Origin: Candidatus Sigynarchaeum calidifontis
Lineage (GTDB): Archaea; Asgardarchaeota; Lokiarchaeia; Sigyniarchaeales; Sigyniarchaeaceae
Direction of reading: 5' to 3'
Length of the DNA: 12,915 nt
NCBI GenBank assembly: GCA_030587475.2
Contig: JAUQYZ020000105.1
Location: 1 to 12,915, forward strand
A program made the position numbers and the translations under genes. Shown here piece by piece: positions 6,244-12,915 of this stretch; positions within the stretch are counted from its first letter, which is position 1, and every line of letters begins with the position of its first letter. Under the pieces are notes generated by a model, which made no database searches, was not told the DNA's origin, and saw nothing but the letters and a program-made list of their open reading frames with translations.

Positions 6244-7407
6244 ATGGATTTCCAGTTCACCCCGATCCAACTGTTGATTCAAAGGTCGATTCGCCGGTTC
6301 GCCAAGGAAATGCTTGCAGTCTTGGCACCTATACTGGACAAGGAACACCAGACGCACCCGAAAGAGATCATCAACCAGCTCGCGGCCCAGAACCTCTACG
6401 GGATCCAGGTTCCCGAGGAGTACGAGGGCGCGGGGCTGGACTCGATTTCCTACTGCCTGGCGATCGAGGAGATTTCGAAAGCTTGCGCCGCGACGGGGCT
6501 CATGGTGACCGTGCACAACTCGGTCGTGGCTTTACCCATCGCAACCTTCGGAACGGATGACCAGAAACGACGATACTTGTCAGACCTGGCCTCGGGGCGC
6601 AAGATCGGCGCCTTTTCGATCACGGAACCGAATGCGGGCTCCGACGTCTCGGGAATGCAGACGGTCGCCGTGAAGGACGGCAACGATTACGTGCTCAACG
6701 GGATGAAATGCTTCGTAACCAACGGCGCGATCGCCGAGACCTATATCATCGGTGCGACCGTGGACCGAAAGGCCGGGAACAAGGGCGTCGCGCTTTTTTT
6801 GGTCGAGAAATCTTTTCCGGGCGTGTCCGTTGGGAAGATCGAGCGGAAAATGGGCATGCGAGCGAATCCCGTGTCCGAGTTGTTCTTCGACAATGTCCGG
6901 GTACCGAAAGAGAATGTGTTAGGCAAGGTCACCGATGGCTTCAAGCTATCGATGAAGATCCTTGACATGGGAAGGATCGGCATCGCGGCCCAATCGCTGG
7001 GGATCGGCATGGCCGCGTTCGAGGCCGCCGCGAGGTATGCCACGGAACGAAAGCAGTTCAACCAACCGATCGGGGAGTTCCAAGCGATCAAGTTCAAGCT
7101 CGCGGAAATGAAGGCAAACCTGGAATCCGCACGGTATCTGATCTATAGAGCAGCCGACCTGAAGGACCATGGCTTGCCGTACTCGGAGGCTTCTGCCATG
7201 GCAAAGTATGTGGCGGCCGAAAATGCCATGAAGGCGTGTACCGATGCAATGCAGATCTTCGGCGGGTACGGCTACGTGGAGGAATTACCCGTCGAACGGT
7301 ACTTTCGTGATTGCAAGATCACCCAGATTTACGAGGGAACGAGCGAGATCATGCAGATCATAATAGGAAATGCCATTTTAAAGGAATTTTCCGGAGGGTT
7401 TTCCTGA
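6244..7407 (+). CDS. Acyl-CoA dehydrogenase (short/branched-chain, butyryl-CoA dehydrogenase-like)
   Basis: 387 aa from ATG 6244 (MDFQFT...). Motifs: PEEYEGAG, GAFSITEPNAGSD, LNGMKCFVTNG, KMGMRA, GRIGIAAQSLG, RKQFNQPI..FQAI.FKLA, QIFGGYGY, RD.KITQIYEGTSEI with the catalytic Glu in YEG. Confidence 0.96.
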   Translation: MDFQFTPIQLLIQRSIRRFAKEMLAVLAPILDKEHQTHPKEIINQLAAQNLYGIQVPEEYEGAGLDSISYCLAIEEISKACAATGLMVTVHNSVVALPIATFGTDDQKRRYLSDLASGRKIGAFSITEPNAGSDVSGMQTVAVKDGNDYVLNGMKCFVTNGAIAETYIIGATVDRKAGNKGVALFLVEKSFPGVSVGKIERKMGMRANPVSELFFDNVRVPKENVLGKVTDGFKLSMKILDMGRIGIAAQSLGIGMAAFEAAARYATERKQFNQPIGEFQAIKFKLAEMKANLESARYLIYRAADLKDHGLPYSEASAMAKYVAAENAMKACTDAMQIFGGYGYVEELPVERYFRDCKITQIYEGTSEIMQIIIGNAILKEFSGGFS

Positions 7408-8192
7408 TGCTCAACATCGCGGTTCTCGTCAAGCAAGTTCCCGCCAATAAATCGGTGAAAATGAACCCGGATGGGACCTTGGTGCGCGAGGGTGCCCTCG
7501 TCGTCAACCCGGATGATTTGAACGCGACCGAGGCTGCGTTGGCCATCAAGGAGCAATACGGCGGGAAAATCACCGCCATCAGCATGGGGCCACCCCAGGC
7601 AAAAGATGCCATCATCGAAGTGAAAGCAATGGGGGTCGACAAGGGCGTGCTGATTTGTGACCCGAAGCTCAAGGGTTCCGACACGTGGGTGACGACGAAG
7701 GTCTTGGTCGCGGGCTTGAAGAATCTAGGGCCTTTTGACTTGATCTTCGCGGGCGTGGAGGCGATCGACGGCAACACCGCCCACGTGCCTTATCAAGTCT
7801 CGCAATTGATGAAAATACCCTTGATCACGCAGTTCCAGAACTTGAGGGTTGAGGAGGGGAAGTTAATCACGAACCGTATAAAGGGACACGAGTTCCAGCT
7901 CGTGCGGGCCCCGCTCCCGGTTATCATCACGGCTAGCAAGCAATCGAACCGGCCGCGTTATTACAATTTACGCCGGATCAAGCACGCTTTCGACGAGGAG
8001 GTGGAAGTCCTCGATCTAAAACAGCTCGGGATCGACGAGAAAGAGGTCGGCGCGGTTGGTTCTCCTACCCGGGTATTGAAAATAACACAGAACGTGCATA
8101 AGCGACAAAATAAGAAAATAGAGGGAACAGACAAGGAGATCGTTAATAAATTCATCGAGTTATTAACCCGGAATAATTTATTGAAGACATGA
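7407..8192 (+). CDS. etfB: Electron transfer flavoprotein beta subunit (EtfB/FixA family)
   Basis: The ATG overlaps the acyl-CoA dehydrogenase stop (TGATG). Motifs: VKQVP, GTL.R, NP.D..A.E.AL, SMGPPQA, GSDTW.T, G.EAIDGNTAHV, N.PRY, G..GSPT.V. 261 aa. Confidence 0.95.
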   Translation: MLNIAVLVKQVPANKSVKMNPDGTLVREGALVVNPDDLNATEAALAIKEQYGGKITAISMGPPQAKDAIIEVKAMGVDKGVLICDPKLKGSDTWVTTKVLVAGLKNLGPFDLIFAGVEAIDGNTAHVPYQVSQLMKIPLITQFQNLRVEEGKLITNRIKGHEFQLVRAPLPVIITASKQSNRPRYYNLRRIKHAFDEEVEVLDLKQLGIDEKEVGAVGSPTRVLKITQNVHKRQNKKIEGTDKEIVNKFIELLTRNNLLKT

Positions 8193-8207
8193 GAGGTTGA
8201 ACGCAAA

Positions 8208-9287
8208 ACGCCGGCTGGAATCGGCTCGTCCCAATACAAAGACATCTGCGTCTTTGTCGAGATCAAGGATCACGAGGTGGTCCATCCAGGGAGCATCGAG
8301 CTGCTCGGGAAGGCGCGCGAGATTGCAGACCAACTGCACCAGGAGGTAATGGCCTTCACGTTCGGGATGGATTGCGAGCAATACCTCGATTCGATCCAGG
8401 GCTACCGGCCTGACAAGGTCTTTTACTATTCCACGCCAAACCCCGACAAGACGTTCAAGCATTTTAACGAGGAGATAATAGTTCCATTATTCGTGGAGTT
8501 TCTCAAGCAACACAAGCCCTCCATCGTTTTACTGGCCGCGACCGAAACGGGAAGGGAATTGGCAGCCAGGATTGCCCAAGAGCTCGACACAGGCTTGACG
8601 GCAGATTGCACGGACTTGTCGATCGAAAGCCACCCGACATACGGGAAAGATTTACTCGTGATGGCAAAACCGGCATTTGGTGGCAATTTCCAAGCATCGA
8701 TCATTTGTCCGACACGTCGCCCCCAGATCTGCACTGTTCGGCCAGGCACGTTCCACCGGCCGAAGCATGACCCGAAATGCAAAGCGGACATAATCCGCCT
8801 CACGCCAACTTCCCTGCCAAGCCTCATCGTCGGGTTACTGGCCGATCCCACGCGATACAGCCTCCCGTGTTCGAGGCTTGAAGAATCGGACATCATCGTC
8901 GCGGGAGGGAACGGGGTCGGTTCCAAGGAGGGCTTCAAGTTGCTGGAAAAACTCGCGTTCATGCTCCGGGCAGAGGTCGCGGCCACCCGGGTGGCGGTGT
9001 TCAACGGCTGGGCGAGCGAGGACAAGATCATCGGGCAAACCGGCCACATCGTCAGGCCCAAGTTGTACCTGGCATTCGGTATCAGCGGCCAGATCCAACA
9101 CACCATGGGCATGAACGAGTCCGGCATCATCATCGCCATCAACAACGATCCAAACGCCCCGATCCACGATATCGCCGATTACTCGATCATTGCCGACATC
9201 AAGACTTTTCTCCCGACACTTATCACCGAGCTTGAAAAATTCGTGAATCTACGATTCCGAAACAGCAATTTTTCAGAACAGAAATAG
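8208..9287 (+). CDS. etfA: Electron transfer flavoprotein alpha subunit (EtfA/FixB family); start codon uncertain
   Basis: Motifs: YKDICVFVE, SIELLGKAR, GRELAARIA..L.TGLTADCT, KPAFGG, PQ.CTVRPG, IVAGG.G, ATR.AV..GW, IGQTG..V.PKLY.A.GISGQIQH..GM, AIN.D..API. Homology begins at ~8235, upstream of the first canonical start (GTG 8277). The coordinate given is an ACG downstream of an SD-like element. Confidence 0.92.
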   Translation, partial: TPAGIGSSQYKDICVFVEIKDHEVVHPGSIELLGKAREIADQLHQEVMAFTFGMDCEQYLDSIQGYRPDKVFYYSTPNPDKTFKHFNEEIIVPLFVEFLKQHKPSIVLLAATETGRELAARIAQELDTGLTADCTDLSIESHPTYGKDLLVMAKPAFGGNFQASIICPTRRPQICTVRPGTFHRPKHDPKCKADIIRLTPTSLPSLIVGLLADPTRYSLPCSRLEESDIIVAGGNGVGSKEGFKLLEKLAFMLRAEVAATRVAVFNGWASEDKIIGQTGHIVRPKLYLAFGISGQIQHTMGMNESGIIIAINNDPNAPIHDIADYSIIADIKTFLPTLITELEKFVNLRFRNSNFSEQK

Positions 9288-9301
9288 AAAGTTTATGGTT
9301 T

Positions 9302-10798
9302 TCAAGTTTCCTTCCGTGTTTTCTCGACCGCCTCGAACTGGAATTGGATCTTGCCAAGCCCGCCCCTTTTTTCCCAATTGATAAAGACAAACAACCCGAT
9401 CAGCATCGGGATGATGACCACGAATCGAGCGACGAGCACGACCAACGTGCCAAATCCCAGGTAATTTTTCACGACTATGTAACCGCTATACCCGAGGAGG
9501 AGCAGCCATGCAAAGACATGTTGATCAACGTTCACGTGAACGATGTCGTATATTATCAGACCTTTCCGATACCGCGCGGAGTCGGCCGACAGGTTCAACC
9601 CGATGAGCGGGATGATCCAGGTGATGTAATGGTAATTTATAGACGGGTATATGAGGAGCAGAAGGAGGATGCTATTGATGAAAAACTTGAAGTCGATCTC
9701 CTTGACATGAAAGAGAACGTAATAGAGTAACACGATGATTATCAACAAGGGTGGGAGGTAATTCAAGAACGGGATGTTCAAGTATTTTAAATAATAACTC
9801 CAGTTCAAATTATATGCCTCTTCCCAAACAGTGAAGTGCCAGCCAAATCTAAGCAAGTTTTCGAAGAATACAAGGCCCTCGATTATGAAATAGATGCCAA
9901 CCTGCAAAAACCCGGAAATCAACGTCGAAAACAAGTAAACCTTGAAGGCCTTCCATCGCCTCGTTTTCAACAAGTACACCAGGATGCCCGCAAGCCATAA
10001 AAACGCGTATACTTTGAAAAAACCGCAATAAACGAAGATAAAGGCCGAGCGAAACCACTTTTTCTCGAGCAAGTAGTATATGCCGGCAAGCGACAAGAAA
10101 ATGACGAAGATATCGAACTTTTGATATAACACGACGATGAATGCTTGAATCGCGGAGAACGTGTAAAAAAGCAACGCAGACGTCGTGGAATTTGCATCCA
10201 GTCCCAACGCCTTGATCCGGGTGATTTTCAAGACCAACCAGGACGCGCCCAGGTCAAAAAAGAGCATCTGCATGCGAAAGACGAGGGGACTCTTGGCCGG
10301 GTTGATCAGATAGAGGAAAACGAAGAAGAGCGAGCACCCCGGCGGGTAATAGAAGATGCTTTGATATTCCGTGCCAGGAACGTCCAATATCTGGCCATAG
10401 AGATATTTTCGCCCGTACTCGTAATCCGTGATGAAATTATCGTTTCCAGGAAACACGCCCAGGAGCTGCAAGATAACGGTAATCACCATCTTGACGAAAA
10501 ACGCCCCGATCAAGAATTGGAGCGGGTTTCTCAGTGACCCACCTTTTCGGAAAAAAACGGGATAGAGCAAAATGAGGAACGAATAACACAACGAAGAACC
10601 GATTTGTATGATAACTATGTTCCGGTCAGAAACAGACATGTCAATGAGCAATGCAGGCGCAAAAAGAATGTATGAGCTCAAGACAAAGGCCATTATGCTT
10701 AAATAAATTGTATAAAACTTAGCGTTCTTCTTGAAAAGGGCGCCTAACTTGGAAAATATCGATGATGGGGGCGCATTCCCAAAATTTGATATTTCCAT
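9302..10798 (-). CDS. Polytopic membrane glycosyltransferase, GT87/DUF2029 (GT-C, mannosyltransferase-like)
   Basis: 498 aa with roughly a dozen hydrophobic segments. Motifs typical of GT87/PIG-M-like proteins: D..Y...Y.YPP, Q.D...I, G..K.Y, and .Y..W..P (HYITWIIP). Substrate unknown. Confidence 0.7.
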   Translation of the reverse strand: MEISNFGNAPPSSIFSKLGALFKKNAKFYTIYLSIMAFVLSSYILFAPALLIDMSVSDRNIVIIQIGSSLCYSFLILLYPVFFRKGGSLRNPLQFLIGAFFVKMVITVILQLLGVFPGNDNFITDYEYGRKYLYGQILDVPGTEYQSIFYYPPGCSLFFVFLYLINPAKSPLVFRMQMLFFDLGASWLVLKITRIKALGLDANSTTSALLFYTFSAIQAFIVVLYQKFDIFVIFLSLAGIYYLLEKKWFRSAFIFVYCGFFKVYAFLWLAGILVYLLKTRRWKAFKVYLFSTLISGFLQVGIYFIIEGLVFFENLLRFGWHFTVWEEAYNLNWSYYLKYLNIPFLNYLPPLLIIIVLLYYVLFHVKEIDFKFFINSILLLLLIYPSINYHYITWIIPLIGLNLSADSARYRKGLIIYDIVHVNVDQHVFAWLLLLGYSGYIVVKNYLGFGTLVVLVARFVVIIPMLIGLFVFINWEKRGGLGKIQFQFEAVEKTRKET

Positions 10799-10885
10799 AT
10801 CAAAGCGATCCGTGCCTCGCGCCCTACATTAATTCATCGAATAATGGGCAATCAATCAACGATAACCAGGGGGTAGCAACGTGGG

Positions 10886-11107
10886 AAGATTATGAGACGA
10901 ACAAGGCGTCTCGCAATCTTTGCGAGCATTATCACGATATCCATTTTGTCCATGAGCAGGTGGCATCACCAATCAACACGAGAAGGATCTTTAAAGGAGG
11001 CGTGATGATTCCTTCGGCCACGACCATCATCAAAGGTAATGCTGGCGGCTGCATTCCCCGGGAATGCATTTATCGGATATCAAGCCTTAATTGCCGGAGC
11101 ATTATCA
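10886..11107. repeat. Cluster of inverted repeats and one direct repeat in a long intergenic region (candidate structured RNA or regulatory array)
   Basis: Hairpin 10886-10920; overlapping alternative hairpin 10910-10926; TGATGAT/ATCATCA at 11003-11032; palindrome TGCATTCCC-C-GGGAATGCA at 11050-11068; stem 11035-11043/11098-11106; direct repeat GAGCATTATCA at 10924 and 11097. Confidence 0.5.
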
Positions 11108-11284
11108 AATTAGCTTCATTTCAACGAAATTGCTTATCTTTTTGCTTCCATGTAAGCGTCCATTCTCATACTTTCATTCGCCTGGGAACTTGATCGGACG
11201 GGGAGGCGCGAGCGCTTTTGTCGTTAAAAAGAAGTTAATATGATAAACTCAAGTAATTGTAGTAGTGTTCGATAACGTGTAATA

Positions 11285-12721
11285 TCACCAGAGAAGATGG
11301 ATGAAAAAATCCCGGAACGACAGTATCTTGTTTTTGAGCTGGGATATCTGGAAATATTTTATCGAGAGAAGAATCGTCTGGATTATTCCTGGAAACCTGA
11401 ATAACTTTCTCCGAAAAGCGCTTTTCTGGGACGTGAATAAATATTCTGGAGATAAAGTTCCCAGGAGGAAACCGTTCCTTTGCGTGTATGTAGTTAACTT
11501 GTTCCAATCAAAATTCAATAAATCTTTTCCCTTTGACCAATTCTCGAAAAGCTTAGAACCTGGAAGGGGTTTCAAGAGAAAGAATTCGGAATATGTAAAA
11601 GGAACGGAAATGGCATACCGTATCGTTTTTTCGATGGTTTCCTCCGTGTCTTCGGGAAATCCGATCATGAAAAAGCTGTTTATCAAGAAACCCATTTTTT
11701 TTGCGATGACCGTGTTATACATGATTTTCTTGAGATCGGTGAATTTTCCATTCGATCTTAAGATCCGAATCGAAGCCGATTCGACAGCAAATGTAAGCTC
11801 ATAAAACCCGGCCTGCCGCATCAGCTTCAGAAGCGATTCATCCAGGGTATCGACTCTTAGACCATTGGGTGTGCCGAATGCCAAGTGGTTTAACCTGCGT
11901 TTGATTATTTCTGTACAAATTCCCACGATATGCTCCCGCCGCAGCGTGACATTGTCGTCCCAAAAGTGGATCTCCCGGATGCCAAATTTCTCGTGTAAAT
12001 ATTGGATCTCGTCGACGACGTTTTTCGGACTGCGGTATCGGATCTTTCGTTTCCAAAACTGGCATGAAGCACAATAGGCGCAATCATACGGGCATCCACG
12101 TGAAGAGATGATGGATGCAAATTTCTTATATTTCAAGACCACGCCATGTGGAACCCTTGGATAGCGGTTCGGGTTGATCTTGTGCCATGCAGGGAAAGGG
12201 ATCGTGTCCAGGTCCGGTATCAAAGCTCTCTCCTTGGACATGACGATTTTGCCACTCGCGAGGAATGCCAGGCCGGCAATCTTGCTTGGATCTGGATCGC
12301 TCTTGAGCATCTCCTTGGCGAGTTCTACCATGGTTTCTTCCCCCTCGCCTATGACCACGAAATCCGCGCGACATTCGACGAGGCATTCGGAGGGCAATGC
12401 ACTCGCATGGACACCCCCCAAGACGATTCGTATTCCTGGAAGGTGTTCCTTGATATACAACGAGATTCTCTTCATCCCGTTATAATATGCAGTTAAAGCC
12501 GAGATGCCAACGAGTACCGGTTGTCTCTTTTTTAAAAACGTGCACAGCACGTCCAGTGAGACGTTTTTAAGGGATAAATCAACAATGTCCGCTCTAAAAC
12601 CCGCATTTTCCAAGCACGATGCGATATAACCTAGTCCAATCGGAGGATTTACTTGCCGGAAACTCTCCGGGATGGTCGATTCAAAACCGGGGCGGATTAA
12701 CACGACGCAAGGTCGATTCAT
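11285..12721 (-). CDS. Cobalamin (B12)-binding radical SAM protein (class B methyltransferase-like)
   Basis: N-terminal B12 domain (PPIGLGYIA, VGISA, IVLGGVHAS, DFVVIGEGE), then SRGCPYDCAYC (CxxxCxxC), RSP.NVVDEI, F.DDN, ESAS, FMIGFP.DT, P.PGS.L. AGGTGA SD lies 7 nt upstream of ATG 12721. Confidence 0.93.
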   Translation of the reverse strand: MNRPCVVLIRPGFESTIPESFRQVNPPIGLGYIASCLENAGFRADIVDLSLKNVSLDVLCTFLKKRQPVLVGISALTAYYNGMKRISLYIKEHLPGIRIVLGGVHASALPSECLVECRADFVVIGEGEETMVELAKEMLKSDPDPSKIAGLAFLASGKIVMSKERALIPDLDTIPFPAWHKINPNRYPRVPHGVVLKYKKFASIISSRGCPYDCAYCASCQFWKRKIRYRSPKNVVDEIQYLHEKFGIREIHFWDDNVTLRREHIVGICTEIIKRRLNHLAFGTPNGLRVDTLDESLLKLMRQAGFYELTFAVESASIRILRSNGKFTDLKKIMYNTVIAKKMGFLINSFFMIGFPEDTEETIEKTIRYAISVPFTYSEFFLLKPLPGSKLFENWSKGKDLLNFDWNKLTTYTQRNGFLLGTLSPEYLFTSQKSAFRRKLFRFPGIIQTILLSIKYFQISQLKNKILSFRDFFIHLLW

Positions 12722-12915
12722 TCAATTATCACCTGCGATCATTGCTTGCTCCTTTAATCTTTCGATTCCCAGTATTCGCTCTCGCACGGTGAACATGTTC
12801 CCCGTGTTCGCCTTCGCATCGAACGACGATGTCCGCCGTGCCCTTCGCCACGATCACCCGATGCTCGATGGTCGCCCACGGGCCCCCCATCACGATTTTC
12901 CTCGTAGGACACGTT
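12722..12915 (-). pseudogene. Truncated B12-binding radical SAM paralogue (3' part; begins outside the window)
   Basis: The frame from 12914 reads TCPTRKIVMGGPWATIEHRVIVAKGTADIVVRCEGEH, a clear B12-domain motif set. It then loses similarity and stops at TGA 12731-12729 with no CxxxCxxC domain. Not in the ORF track. Confidence 0.7.

Noticed and set aside
8190-8192. Selenocysteine decoding of the TGA between etfB and etfA
   Set aside because: The position is a non-conserved terminus or linker with no Cys counterpart in Etf proteins. Only 14 nt follow etfA before the convergent gene, and I see no SECIS-like element.
9344-9730. Acidic D/E/Q-rich ORFs on the + strand (9344-9730, 10145-10537)
   Set aside because: They are the antisense mirror of the hydrophobic codons of the membrane glycosyltransferase.
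10762-11004. Full 143-aa ORF 10762-11193
   Set aside because: It overlaps the GT start head-to-head and has no recognisable features. Only the SD-preceded 3' part is kept as a weak candidate.
10799-11284. tRNA, CRISPR array, cobalamin riboswitch or IS element in the long intergenic gap
   Set aside because: I see no cloverleaf with a T-loop consensus, no regularly spaced repeats, no recognisable B12-box (the region is also downstream of the B12 gene), and no transposase or clear terminal inverted repeats.

Overview
This window looks archaeal and is probably from an Asgard archaeon (Loki-like). That is inferred from a non-prenylated Rab-like GTPase with a DLGGQ G3 motif, Fwd/HdrA/MvhD homologues and GGTGA-type ribosome-binding sites. 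From left to right: the 5' part of an unknown helical protein (minus strand, missed by the ORF track), then a divergent three-gene unit of a degenerate FwdD-like protein, a full-length FwdA-like protein lacking every metal ligand, and an intact HdrA-MvhD fusion. Next come a convergent Rab-like GTPase with a 72-aa two-helix membrane protein, an acyl-CoA dehydrogenase-etfB-etfA operon, a GT87/GT-C-like membrane glycosyltransferase, a ~490-bp intergenic region rich in inverted repeats, a B12-binding radical SAM gene, and a truncated paralogue of it at the window edge. The best candidate for an undescribed system is the apparently catalytically dead FwdD/FwdA pair linked to a complete HdrA-MvhD, with no fwdB/C or hdrB/C in the window and a Bcd-Etf-type module about 1.1 kb away. 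A second oddity is the etfB/etfA junction: the genes are in frame across a single TGA, and etfA has no canonical start upstream of its conserved N-terminus. All family assignments come from motif recognition by eye; no searches were run.
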